Below are positions 19,902 through 29,708 of a stretch of DNA of 64,000 nucleotides, piece by piece. Where the stretch lies: contig JBDHAB010000004.1 in NCBI GenBank assembly GCA_039588295.1, forward strand, positions 143,006 to 207,005. Direction: 5' to 3'. Below the pieces are notes generated by a model. That model saw nothing but the letters and a program-made list of their open reading frames with translations. It did not search any database and had not been told where the DNA came from. Source of the DNA: Gemmatimonadota bacterium (GTDB lineage Bacteria; Gemmatimonadota; Gemmatimonadetes; Gemmatimonadales; GWC2-71-9). The position numbers were made by a program, and so were the translations under genes. The first letter of the stretch is position 1, and the number at the start of each line of letters is the position of its first letter.

Positions 19902-20858
19902 ATGATGAGTAGAGCAACGAGCTTGATCCTCGCGTTGGCAGTGCTGGGTGCCTGTGCTGACGATGGGCAGCGAGGTGAGTTGGTGGGACTGGACGCCAAA
20001 GTTGCGCCCAGTGACGAGGAGAACTGGCTCCACCGCCAATCCGTCGCACGCGCCAGGATGGTCCGTCCGGGACATCTGACCTGGGCTGGTCCCAACCGCA
20101 GATTCCTATTGGTGACGGACCACTACCGGGGGGTTGTGTTTAAGTACCGGGTCAACCAGGGCGAACTGCTCCTGAAGCGGGAGTTCCAGTTCAACGCAGG
20201 CATCAGCGGCGTGGCCTGGGGTGCAAACCGCCTATTTGTCGCCAACACCACCACGGCATCGGTCGGAGTCTATCGGTCGTCCGGTACCTGGATGTACGAC
20301 CTCGGCGGTCCGGGCGCATTTGCGTATCCGACCGACATCGAGGTGGACGACGAGCGGGATCTGGTGTTCGTCTTGGACAACCGCAGACAGTCGATCTCGG
20401 TGTTCACCATCGACGGGGACCACAGGAATACGTGGGCTGCCTCGGCCCTGGGGATGGAGAACCCGGTTGCGATGGGTCTTGACCCCGTCCGAGGGGAACT
20501 CCTCGTCAGTGACTATGGCAACCTGGTGGGGTTCGGAGGCGGGGGAGCGGCCATCCATGTGTTTGACTACGACGGTAACCGGCGCAAGACGATCTCGGAC
20601 GAGTCGCTGTTCCCGCGGCCGCAGGGGATAGCGGTGGACGGCCAAGGGCGGATCCTGATGGTTGACGCGCTAGCCTGCCAGTTGATGGTGATTGACCGAG
20701 AATCGGGCGCCGTTCTCGCCACACACGGTGAGCCGGGCACGGAACCCGGCCAGATGCTGCTTCCTCTCGACGTCGCGGTTGACGCGAACGGCCGAGCCTT
20801 CGTCACCAACAATCGCCTGGGGCGGATCGAGCTGTTTGAGGTAGGAGGTGGATCGTGA
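19902..20858 (+). CDS. NHL-repeat beta-propeller lipoprotein
   Basis: Lipobox LGAC; repeats YPTDIEVD, NPVAMGLD, RPQGIAVD, LPLDVAVD. Confidence 0.85.
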   Translation: MMSRATSLILALAVLGACADDGQRGELVGLDAKVAPSDEENWLHRQSVARARMVRPGHLTWAGPNRRFLLVTDHYRGVVFKYRVNQGELLLKREFQFNAGISGVAWGANRLFVANTTTASVGVYRSSGTWMYDLGGPGAFAYPTDIEVDDERDLVFVLDNRRQSISVFTIDGDHRNTWAASALGMENPVAMGLDPVRGELLVSDYGNLVGFGGGGAAIHVFDYDGNRRKTISDESLFPRPQGIAVDGQGRILMVDALACQLMVIDRESGAVLATHGEPGTEPGQMLLPLDVAVDANGRAFVTNNRLGRIELFEVGGGS

Positions 20859-21502
20859 GGAAACGTCGATACGCACTGGTGTTCCTCGCTCTAGCGCTTG
20901 CGCCAGTGGTTGCGGTGGCCTTGCTCGAGGCCCGATCTACCACGGCCTTGCTCACGGGACACCTTGGATGCACCGGATATTGCCACCTTGCGCACGGTGG
21001 AGGTGGCCCCACGCTCACGCGCGAGGCTGCCTATGACCTGTTGTGTATGAGCTGCCACAACCCGGCGGCTCCGGTCGGCAACGCCCCACCCGCCGATTAC
21101 CACACCGAGGATCCCAACGACTCAAACGACGGGACGACGTACTCCTTCCAGGTGCAGTGCGTGGAGTGTCACCTAGACTCGCCGCACAGCAACGTGGTGA
21201 ATGCGTGGGGCGGAACGAACCTCAAGCTTGTCCGTGCATCGGTGACGAATCCGTCCAACAGCGTCTCCTACGATGTCCGCTTCGAGGCGCTCTCGGGGGA
21301 CTACTCATTCTGCGATGAGGAGGGCCCTGATACCGAGTGGGACAATCTCTGCGACATGTGCCACAGTGACATCTACGCGGGCCGACACCACAACGATCCG
21401 GTGGCGGGAGGGAATTGGGGCGACAGCAACCACCACCGGAGCGGATCAACCTGCACAGGGGGCAACTGCCACAATCACGACCGAGGCTTCCAACTCAGAT
21501 AG
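20855..21502 (+). CDS. Multiheme cytochrome c with about 5 hemes, including non-canonical CX3CH and CX4CH motifs
   Basis: Signal or anchor; CTGYCH, CMSCH, CVECH, CDMCH, CTGGNCH. Confidence 0.82.
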   Translation: MRKRRYALVFLALALAPVVAVALLEARSTTALLTGHLGCTGYCHLAHGGGGPTLTREAAYDLLCMSCHNPAAPVGNAPPADYHTEDPNDSNDGTTYSFQVQCVECHLDSPHSNVVNAWGGTNLKLVRASVTNPSNSVSYDVRFEALSGDYSFCDEEGPDTEWDNLCDMCHSDIYAGRHHNDPVAGGNWGDSNHHRSGSTCTGGNCHNHDRGFQLR

Positions 21503-21765
21503 CCTGTATGGGTTGGGGAGTACCCCCGGAGAGGTACCTTGCCGTGGGGACCAGCAGAGCGGCTCGGCTTCGGTCGGGCCGCTGTGGTTTGCGGGAGGAG
21601 GGAGACCGTCACGGCGTGGCTAGACATTGGATCGGCGCACCAATTGCGTAACCGCTTGACAGGCAATAGGCTAGAAGAGGCTCAGTGCCCATTCATGGCG
21701 CGTTGTTGTCGCCCCGCGGCCTTTGGGAAACGCCAGTCGCTTCATCGGAAAGAGGCAGCCTTGAG

Positions 21766-22752
21766 TTGAAGGTCCTCATTGCCATCCCGGCGTTCGACGA
21801 GGAGGCCACGCTCGGTCATGTCATCGGGTGCCTCCCGCGGGAGCTGCCCGGTGTCTCGTCAGTTGGTGTGCTCGTCGTGGACGACGGCTCGACCGACGGC
21901 ACCGCCGAGGATGCTCGGAAAGCCGGAGCCCGAGTCGTACGGCATCGTCGCCACCTCGGTCTCGGCGCTGCGTTCAACACAGCAGTCGCGGAGGGTTTGC
22001 GCCTCGGGGCCGACGTGCTGGTCACCATCGATGCCGACGGCCAGTTCGACCCCGCGCAGATCCCGGATCTGATCATGCCGATCGTGGACGGCGCCGCCGA
22101 CCTGGTGACCGGCAGTCGGTTCGTCGGTGGCCGGCGGCCATCCAGCATGCCCGCCGCTCGCTACTGGGGAAACCGGTTCTTTTCAGGGCTGCTCAGCCGA
22201 CTCCTGCAGGAGAAGCTGCAGGACGTGTCCTGCGGCTTCCGGGCGTACTCGCGGGAGGCGCTTTTCAACCTGAACCTGCTCGGCAAGCACACCTACACGC
22301 AGGAAGCGATCTTCGATCTGGTCTTCAAGGGGCTCAGGGTGGTGGAGGTACCGATTACGGTGCGCTACTTTGAGGCCCGTCAGTCGCGTGTGGCGGGGAG
22401 CCTGGTGAACTACGGGATCAAGGCTCTCAAGATCATCGCCCGCACTGCCCGGGACTTCAAACCGCTCAGGTTCTTCGGGGTGTTTGCGCTCGTTGTGCTC
22501 GCGGTTGGTGTGGGGCTCGACCTCTGGCTCCTGGCTTTCTTTCTTCGCACAGGGAACTTCTCACCGTACAAGTTCGTGGGCTTTGTGGGGACCGCCCTCA
22601 TCGTGGTCGCCATCCTAATCCTGGGCTTTGCGCTGCTCGCGGACATGCTAGATCGGCTCAGGGTCAATCAGGAGCGGGTGCTGTATCAGCAGCGCAAGAT
22701 GCTGTTCGGGGGCAAGCGCCACGATGATGGGGGAGGCGACGGGACGTCGTGA
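21766..22752 (+). CDS. GT2 glycosyltransferase, polyprenol-phosphate sugar synthase (DPM1/GtrB)-like, with C-terminal TMs
   Basis: IPAFDEE, VVDDGSTDGT, IDADGQFD, GSRF, DVSCGFRAY; TTG start inferred. Confidence 0.9.
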   Translation: MKVLIAIPAFDEEATLGHVIGCLPRELPGVSSVGVLVVDDGSTDGTAEDARKAGARVVRHRRHLGLGAAFNTAVAEGLRLGADVLVTIDADGQFDPAQIPDLIMPIVDGAADLVTGSRFVGGRRPSSMPAARYWGNRFFSGLLSRLLQEKLQDVSCGFRAYSREALFNLNLLGKHTYTQEAIFDLVFKGLRVVEVPITVRYFEARQSRVAGSLVNYGIKALKIIARTARDFKPLRFFGVFALVVLAVGVGLDLWLLAFFLRTGNFSPYKFVGFVGTALIVVAILILGFALLADMLDRLRVNQERVLYQQRKMLFGGKRHDDGGGDGTS

Positions 22753-23993
22753 CCTCCCGCCGCCGACTTCGGGTACTGATCTCCACGAGCACGTTCCCGA
22801 TCCATACCGACGACGGTGTGCCGCGTTTCATCTTCGATCTTGCGCGGTATCTCCAGGCTCACGCTGACGTGACGGTATTGGCTCCGGACGGTCCGGGAGC
22901 AAGACGATCAGAGGACATGGAAGGCGTCGATGTTCGCCGTTTCACCTATGCCGTCCCCCGCTCGAGCCAGCGCCTGGCGCTCGGACAGGGTATGTGGGAC
23001 AATCTCCGGGAATCCTGGCTCGCCAAAGCGCAGATTCCCTCGTTCATGGTGGCCCAGCTCCGGGCAACGAAGCGACTGATCCGCGAGAATCGGATCGATG
23101 TGGTAAATGCCCATTGGCTCGTGCCGTGCGGGCTCACAGCGGCCTATGCCGTTGGGCGGCATCCGAGCACGCGGTTGGTGCTGCACGTTCACGCGGGCGA
23201 CGTGTACTTTCTCAACCGCCTGCCCGGTGGTACTGCGATCGCTCGCTACGTCGCGCGCCGCTGCGCCGGAGTCCTTGCCGACGGCAGCCACGTGCGCGAT
23301 TCGCTGGACGCGCTGATCGGGTGGCCGAGCGATGCAACGCTTCGGCCGATGGGTGTCGACCTCGGCGTGTTCGGGCGCGATTCGGCAGACCAGGCAGGTG
23401 GGTTGGAGCGTAGCGAATTCGACGATGGGTTCCTGCTCTTCTTTGGCCGCTTCTCGGAAAAGAAGGGTGCGGTCTACCTGGTACGTGCACTCCCACGGAT
23501 TCTCGAGGTGCAGCCGGGACTGGGACTGGTCATGATCGGTGACGGTCCCGAGCGCCACCGCGTCGAGGAGGAGGTCGCCAGACTCGATGTCGCCAGCGCA
23601 GTGCGGTTTCTGGGCCGGAGGTCACATGCAGAGATTGCGTGGTATCTCCACCACTGCCGGGTTGCGGTCGTGCCGTCGATAATCGATCGGTACGGAGAAA
23701 CCGAAGGCATGCCGACAGTCGTGGTGGAAGCACTAGCCGCAGGCGCGTTGGTGGTGGGAACCGCCGTCGACGGTATACCGGACGTACTGCGGCACGCCGA
23801 GAACGGCTGGCTGTGTCGGGAGAAGGACCCGCAGGATCTCGCCGCAAAGATCCTCCAGGCGCTGCGCAGTCGCCCCGATTCGCCGGTAGGTCGCGGAGCG
23901 GCGGCGACGGCGGAGCGTTTTGGATGGGGGTCTGTCGCGGAGGATTACGTTGCACATCTCGAGCGGGCCGTCACTGGAGCAAAGGGGGAGTGA
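22749..23993 (+). CDS. GT4 (GT-B) glycosyltransferase
   Basis: NAHW, GRFSEKKG, ETEGMPTVVVEALAAG. Confidence 0.92.
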   Translation: MTSRRRLRVLISTSTFPIHTDDGVPRFIFDLARYLQAHADVTVLAPDGPGARRSEDMEGVDVRRFTYAVPRSSQRLALGQGMWDNLRESWLAKAQIPSFMVAQLRATKRLIRENRIDVVNAHWLVPCGLTAAYAVGRHPSTRLVLHVHAGDVYFLNRLPGGTAIARYVARRCAGVLADGSHVRDSLDALIGWPSDATLRPMGVDLGVFGRDSADQAGGLERSEFDDGFLLFFGRFSEKKGAVYLVRALPRILEVQPGLGLVMIGDGPERHRVEEEVARLDVASAVRFLGRRSHAEIAWYLHHCRVAVVPSIIDRYGETEGMPTVVVEALAAGALVVGTAVDGIPDVLRHAENGWLCREKDPQDLAAKILQALRSRPDSPVGRGAAATAERFGWGSVAEDYVAHLERAVTGAKGE

Positions 23994-25906
23994 TGGGCCG
24001 TAGACTCCACTGGATGGTACTGGGTGGCGGGGTCGTGCTCACTATGCTCGCCTATCGCCCTGCGCTCGACGTTGGGTTCGTCTTCGATGACCGGATCAAC
24101 ATCGAGCAAGCCTCGGGTGTGCACTGGACCGAGGTATCCCGGGCAGCGGTTCGGGCGCTCAGGGACTCCACACTGATTCCGCGTCGGGCCGTTGCGAACG
24201 CGTCCTTCGCGCTCAACCACCTCGCCGGCGGCCTCGAGCCGCGGGGTTATCATCTCGTCAACATCCTGACTCATCTCGCCGTGGGCCTTGCGCTTGTGTG
24301 GGTCGCGCTCCTCTACCTGCGGGCGGTGTTCCCCGATCGGGAGCGGGAGCGGCTACTCCTTGCGGCCGTTCTGTCGGCCGTGCTGTTCCTGGTCCATCCG
24401 CTCAATTCGCAGGCGGTGACGTACGTCGTCCAGCGGATGGCGTCGCTGGCGGCGCTGTTTTCGCTGCTCGCGCTCGGTGCCTACTGGGTCGGGCGCACCC
24501 GTCCGGGCGGCCGCGGGATCCCGTGGTTCGGCGCGGCCGCGGTTGCCTGGCTGCTCGCACTTGGCAGCAAGGAGAACGCGATCCTGCTGCCGCTCGTCGT
24601 GCTCACCTACGAGTGGTGCTTCAAGCGTGCCGAGTGGCGTGACCGGTGGCGCGGGATGGCGCCCGGTCATCGCTGGGGCGCCGGCATCGCCGGACTCGTG
24701 CTGCTGGCGGTCGCCGCAGTCGCGATCCTCGGGTATGCCGGCGGGAATCCGGTCCAGTGGGCGGGCACGTTCCAGTATCGCGACTACACGCCTGTGGAGC
24801 GGGTGTTGACCCAGGCCAGGGTGCAGGTGTTCTACCTGACGCTCCTCGTGTGGCCGGCACCGGGACGCCTGAGCCTGGATCACGACTTCGCGGTGTCCCG
24901 CGGTCTCCTCGCGCCTCCGACGACGGTGCTGGCATGCCTGTTCTGGCTCGTGGTGCTTGCTGCAGGACTGGTTCTGGCCGTGCGACGGCCGCGCTACGGT
25001 TTTCCCCTGCTGGCGTACCTGGAGTGGCATCTCGTCGAAGCGGGGCCGGTGAACCTTGAGCTGGTGTTCGAGCACCGCATGTACTTGCCGATGACGATGC
25101 TGGCACTCGCGGCCGCGGTGGGTCTCGCCGAAGTGTCGAACCGCTACCGACGTGTGAGCGTGGTTGCCGCGCTGCTGCTCGCACTGCCGCTCGCGTGGGG
25201 CACGTGGCAGCGGAATCTCGTCTGGGCCGATCCGGAGGTGTTCATCTGGGACACCGCGCGCAAGGCGCCGAGCAAGGTCAGGCCATGGTACAACCTCGGC
25301 ACACTACTGCTCAAGTGGGATCGGCCCGAGGAGGCGGTCGAGCCACTGGAGCGTGCGGTGCAGGCTGATTCGACCGACTGGCGGGCGACCGATCAGCTGG
25401 GGCTCGCGTATCTGGGGGTGGGGCGCACGGACGATGCGCTGGCCACGTTCCGACGTGCTGCGGCGCTCGAGCCGGACGAGGTCGAGCCGGAGCTGCACAT
25501 CGGGCGGGCACTCGAGCTGCGGGGATCGACGCTAGAGGCGTCGCGGCACTTGCTGGATGTCGGCACGCGTCGCGGCTTGGCGGGGGACGTCATGATGGCT
25601 ATGCTGGCGCTGCAGCGGGCCGTCGAGCTCGACTCGACGAGCTCTGCGGCGCATAACGCGCTGGGGAACGCGTATCTGCTCGCGGGCCGACCGCTCGACG
25701 CACTCCCCCAGTACCGCCAGGCGGTATCCCTGGACTCCACCAATGTCGAAGCGGTGTACAACGCTGGCATGACGATGGCGGATCACGGTGATCCCGTGGA
25801 GGCGCTGGTGCTGCTCGAGCGGTTCGTCGAGTTGGCACCGGCGCGGTTCGCCTCGCAGGTCGCGGCCGTGCGTAACAGAGTCCGGGATCTGAGGGGTGAG
25901 TTGTGA
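23993..25906 (+). CDS. TMTC-like GT-C glycosyltransferase with C-terminal TPRs (paralog 1)
   Basis: GFVFDD, YHLVNILTH, VHPLNSQAVTYVVQR, SKENA, EHRMYLP, RNLVW, then several TPRs. Confidence 0.85.
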   Translation: MGRRLHWMVLGGGVVLTMLAYRPALDVGFVFDDRINIEQASGVHWTEVSRAAVRALRDSTLIPRRAVANASFALNHLAGGLEPRGYHLVNILTHLAVGLALVWVALLYLRAVFPDRERERLLLAAVLSAVLFLVHPLNSQAVTYVVQRMASLAALFSLLALGAYWVGRTRPGGRGIPWFGAAAVAWLLALGSKENAILLPLVVLTYEWCFKRAEWRDRWRGMAPGHRWGAGIAGLVLLAVAAVAILGYAGGNPVQWAGTFQYRDYTPVERVLTQARVQVFYLTLLVWPAPGRLSLDHDFAVSRGLLAPPTTVLACLFWLVVLAAGLVLAVRRPRYGFPLLAYLEWHLVEAGPVNLELVFEHRMYLPMTMLALAAAVGLAEVSNRYRRVSVVAALLLALPLAWGTWQRNLVWADPEVFIWDTARKAPSKVRPWYNLGTLLLKWDRPEEAVEPLERAVQADSTDWRATDQLGLAYLGVGRTDDALATFRRAAALEPDEVEPELHIGRALELRGSTLEASRHLLDVGTRRGLAGDVMMAMLALQRAVELDSTSSAAHNALGNAYLLAGRPLDALPQYRQAVSLDSTNVEAVYNAGMTMADHGDPVEALVLLERFVELAPARFASQVAAVRNRVRDLRGEL

Positions 25907-27564
25907 CCGGCAAGAGGATGCTGCCGATCGCGGTGCTTGCGGCCGGTGTGCTTCTCGCGGGGCTCGCCTACCTGCCGGCGTTGGACGCGGATTTCGTTTT
26001 CGACGACCCGCCCAACATCGTGGCGCAGTCCGGGATTCACTGGACCGAGTTTTCGGTAGAGGCGGTGCGGGGGCTCAGGGACTCGACGTTGATCCCGCGG
26101 CGGGTGGTGGCGAACACGACGTTCGCGTTGAACCACCTCGTGGGTGGGCTGGACCCCTGGGGGTATCACCTCGTCAACATCCTCGTCCATCTCGCGGTCG
26201 GGCTGGCCTTGGCCTGGGTGGCATTTCTGTATCTGCGGGCGGTGCTGCCGGGGAAGGACCGGGATGCCCTGGCGCTGGCGGTGGTGGTGCCGGTGGTGGT
26301 GTTCCTGGTGCATCCGCTCAACACGCAGGCGGTGAGCTACGTGGTACAGCGGATGGCGTCGTTGGTGGCGCTGTTCTGCCTGCTGGCATTTGGGGCGTAT
26401 CTGGTGGGGCGGAACAAGCCGATACAGCGCGGTAGATGGCCGTGGTATGTCGCAGCGGTGGTGCTGTGGGGTCTGGCGTTGGGGAGCAAGGAGAATGCGG
26501 TGCTCCTGCCGCTGGTGGTGGTGATCTATGAGGTGTGTTTCCACCGTCAGACGTGGCGCGAGTGGTGGGCAGCTCAGAGCCCTGCCGCCCGCGGACGGCT
26601 GGTGGGTGTGATCGGTGTCGTGCTACTGGCCGCAGTGGGTTTCATTGCGGTGTACGCCGGGACGAGGCCGATTGCGTTCACCCGGGAGTGGGCGCAGCGG
26701 GACTTCAACGGGTGGGAGAGGATCCTGACACAGTTGCGGGTGCAGGTGTTTTACCTGGGGCTACTGCTGTGGCCGGCGCCGGGTCGGTTGAACCTGGACC
26801 ATGACTTCAGCGTGTCGCGGGGATTGGCCGAGCCGGCATCGACACTCCTGGCGGGGCTCTTCTGGGTGGCGGCTGTTGTAGGAGCGCTGGCGCTGGCACG
26901 GCGGCGCCCGCGGTATGGTTTCCCCGTGCTGGCCTACCTGACATGGCATCTCGTGGAGGCGGGCCCACTGAACCTGGAGCTGGTGTTCGAGCACCGGATG
27001 TACCTGCCGCTCACCATGCTGGTCTTGCTGCTAGCGGTGGCCTTTGCTGATCTGGGCGACCGCAGGCGCTGGCCGGCTGTCATTGCGGCCTTGGTGGTCG
27101 TCCTCCCGCTGAGCTGGGCCACATCGACGCGCAATCAGGTGTGGGCGGATCCGGTCGCGCTCCATTGGGACACGGCCCACAAGTCCCCCAACAAGTTCCG
27201 GCCGTGGTACAACTTGGGCACGCTGCTCGGTGCCAACGGGCAAGTGCAGGAGGCGCTCGAGCCACTCGAGCGAGCCGTGTCGCTCCGCCCTGATTATTCG
27301 CCTGCGCACAACCAGCTCGGCAACGTCTATTACTTCCTGGATCGTAAGGGGGAGGCGCTCACAGAGTATCGAGCGGCGGTGCGCCTGAACGCACAGAACG
27401 CCGAGGCGGTGTACAACGTTGGTATGCTGCTGGATGAACAGGGGAGGTTTGTTGAGGCGGTCCCCTACTACCGGCGGTTCGTAGAGATCGCCCCGGCGGA
27501 ACTGGCCCCACGCGCTAATGAAGTGCGGCGGCGGCTAGGCGCGTCAGGTGACGTCCGCAGGTAG
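25903..27564 (+). CDS. TMTC-like GT-C glycosyltransferase with C-terminal TPRs (paralog 2)
   Basis: FVFDD, YHLVNILVH, VHPLNTQAV, SKENA, EHRMYLP; closely similar to the preceding gene but with fewer TPRs. Confidence 0.85.
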   Translation: MTGKRMLPIAVLAAGVLLAGLAYLPALDADFVFDDPPNIVAQSGIHWTEFSVEAVRGLRDSTLIPRRVVANTTFALNHLVGGLDPWGYHLVNILVHLAVGLALAWVAFLYLRAVLPGKDRDALALAVVVPVVVFLVHPLNTQAVSYVVQRMASLVALFCLLAFGAYLVGRNKPIQRGRWPWYVAAVVLWGLALGSKENAVLLPLVVVIYEVCFHRQTWREWWAAQSPAARGRLVGVIGVVLLAAVGFIAVYAGTRPIAFTREWAQRDFNGWERILTQLRVQVFYLGLLLWPAPGRLNLDHDFSVSRGLAEPASTLLAGLFWVAAVVGALALARRRPRYGFPVLAYLTWHLVEAGPLNLELVFEHRMYLPLTMLVLLLAVAFADLGDRRRWPAVIAALVVVLPLSWATSTRNQVWADPVALHWDTAHKSPNKFRPWYNLGTLLGANGQVQEALEPLERAVSLRPDYSPAHNQLGNVYYFLDRKGEALTEYRAAVRLNAQNAEAVYNVGMLLDEQGRFVEAVPYYRRFVEIAPAELAPRANEVRRRLGASGDVRR

Positions 27565-27738
27565 GGATTGCAGGCAAGTGCGTCCTGCCAGAGCCAGCCA
27601 CAGTCCTGGATGTCCCCGGTCTCGTTATCCAGATCTCCTCACGTGCCCGGACGGGAGTCAACTGGGAGATCTATGCGGGTTGTTGCAGTGAGTGCGCTGT
27701 TCACGGCCAGATCCGTGTTACACGTTCCTTCAGTCACT

Positions 27739-28656
27739 ATGCGCTATTGGCGTCTCATCGTCGCCGTAGCTGCCCTCACGATTCTGGTGATGTATGTGGG
27801 ACACGGAGAATTCGTTCGTGTGCTGTTGCGGACCCGGCCGACGTGGCTGCTGCTGTACCTGGTCGGCCTTGGAGCACTACCGCTCCTGTATGGCTGCCAG
27901 ATCTGGGTCTCCCTCCGTCTCCTCGGTCACGATTTGCCCGTTTCCAGCGCCCTGTCCGGCAGTGTCAACGCATGGGCCGTAGGACAGATCACACCCGCGC
28001 GTGCGGGTGATCTGAGTCTCGCGCACTTCCTTGGTGCGAAGGCACCAGCGCCTGTCGTCGTCAGCTTGGTCGTGGTGGATAAGGCCCTCAGCTTGGCGTT
28101 GCTGGCCTTCATCGCCGCTGTTGCCGGTGTCACACTTGAGTTCAGCCTGGCAACATCCGTGATAATCGCTTCAGCGATTCTGCTCGGAGTGCTGGGTATT
28201 GGGAGCGTGCTCTTCCTGGCGATCCTGAGGATACCACGCGCTTGGCGATTATTGCCCCAGTTCGCCCGTCGCTTCTCCGAGCAGGCGCGACAAGCGCTCC
28301 TGGCCGTCACTGCGAGGTGGTCGCTGATCGCGTGGAACCTCGTGGCCATCCTGCTCAAGTGGACTGTTGTGTTCACGTTGATTTGGGTACTGTTCCGATC
28401 TCTCGACTACTATCCTCACGTTAGGTTTGTCACAGCTGCCTCAGCGATTGGGCGGTTACTTGCCCTAGTCCCTGTCACCGTTGGCGGTATCGGGCTCAAG
28501 GAGCCGATTCAAATCGTGATCTATCAGCTTGATGGCATTCCCGACGAAGCGGTTGTGGCCGTAAGCACACTCGGTGCGTCCCTTGGTTTCTTGATGACAG
28601 CCTTTCTGCCGCTGCTCATAGCGAGAGGGTTCGGTTGGCGATCGGAGGTGTCGTGA
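27739..28656 (+). CDS. Lysylphosphatidylglycerol-synthase TM domain / flippase-like membrane protein
   Basis: Polytopic; TPARAGD, VVDK, PVTVGGIGLKE. Confidence 0.8.
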   Translation: MRYWRLIVAVAALTILVMYVGHGEFVRVLLRTRPTWLLLYLVGLGALPLLYGCQIWVSLRLLGHDLPVSSALSGSVNAWAVGQITPARAGDLSLAHFLGAKAPAPVVVSLVVVDKALSLALLAFIAAVAGVTLEFSLATSVIIASAILLGVLGIGSVLFLAILRIPRAWRLLPQFARRFSEQARQALLAVTARWSLIAWNLVAILLKWTVVFTLIWVLFRSLDYYPHVRFVTAASAIGRLLALVPVTVGGIGLKEPIQIVIYQLDGIPDEAVVAVSTLGASLGFLMTAFLPLLIARGFGWRSEVS

Positions 28657-29708
28657 AGCGCCTACTTGCGACGGCGTGGCGGTACTGGCGAGCACGCTAC
28701 CGACTGTCGTACCCACTCCAAGTTGGGTTTGCGGTGAACAACACGTGCAATACGTTCTGCCAAATGTGCAACGTTTGGCAGATGCGACCCAAGGAAGAGT
28801 TGGGTCTCGATCAGATCCGGGCGATCTTCTCCCGGCGTCTCTTTCAAAACTGCGTCACGGTCAGCTTGACGGGTGGTGAGCCAACAATGCGGCGTGATCT
28901 CGGTGAAATCCCCAAGATCCTCGCCGAGACGCTGCCGACTTTGAGGCAGGTTAATCTCACGAGCAACGGGTACACGCCGTCGGCGCTCAGCGCGCACCTT
29001 GAGTCTTGTCTCCCGGTACTTCAATCTCATCGTGTCGGAATGTCGGTGAATATCTCCATCGATGGTGTCGGCGAAGTGCATGACAGGGTACGTGGACGAG
29101 AGGGTGCCTTCGAGAATTTGAGTACCTCAGTGTCCGTCGTGCTAGGCTTGCAGCAGCGATATCGAGTCAACCTTGCTCTTGCGTGTACGATCACGCGGGG
29201 CAACCTGGCTGGGGTGAGGGACGTTCTTGAGTATGCGAAGCGACTCGGCGTGTACGTCATCTTCCGAAACGGCTTCACCATCCGCCGCATCGGGAGCGAA
29301 TCAACGTTCGGTGAGTTTGGCGTTACGCCGGCTCAGATACCGGACGTCATAGACTTCTATGCCAATGCGGCGCTTCGGTATGATCCGACCTACCAGCGTC
29401 GCGAGTACTATCGCATGTTGCTTAGGATGCTCAAGGGGGGGGAACGAGACGTCCCGTGTCTGTATCGCAAGGCTGGGCTGTTCATCGATCATCGAGGAGA
29501 GATGTTCGTCTGTACCGTATTCAGCGATCGAATTGGGTCGGCGATCGGTGAACACGCGGAGAGCCAATTCCTGGATTCGGCCGAACATCGCAGCGAGTTG
29601 GCGTGCAGGGACTGCCGCAAGTGCTCGCATGATGTCACTCTCTATACCTCACTCGTCCAGCAAGGTATGGAGAAGCTTAGAGCGCACGTGACGGGTGTGA
29701 AGCGGTGA
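28653..29708 (+). CDS. Radical SAM protein with SPASM/twitch-type C-terminal cysteines
   Basis: CNTFCQMC, LTGGEP, ISIDG...HDRVRG, C-terminal PC...VC...CRKC. Confidence 0.9.
   Translation: MKRLLATAWRYWRARYRLSYPLQVGFAVNNTCNTFCQMCNVWQMRPKEELGLDQIRAIFSRRLFQNCVTVSLTGGEPTMRRDLGEIPKILAETLPTLRQVNLTSNGYTPSALSAHLESCLPVLQSHRVGMSVNISIDGVGEVHDRVRGREGAFENLSTSVSVVLGLQQRYRVNLALACTITRGNLAGVRDVLEYAKRLGVYVIFRNGFTIRRIGSESTFGEFGVTPAQIPDVIDFYANAALRYDPTYQRREYYRMLLRMLKGGERDVPCLYRKAGLFIDHRGEMFVCTVFSDRIGSAIGEHAESQFLDSAEHRSELACRDCRKCSHDVTLYTSLVQQGMEKLRAHVTGVKR

Noticed and set aside
21633..21648. Additional GG-N10-GC sigma-54-like sites (here and near 1410-1425)
   Set aside because: Weaker matches that are expected by chance in GC-rich DNA.
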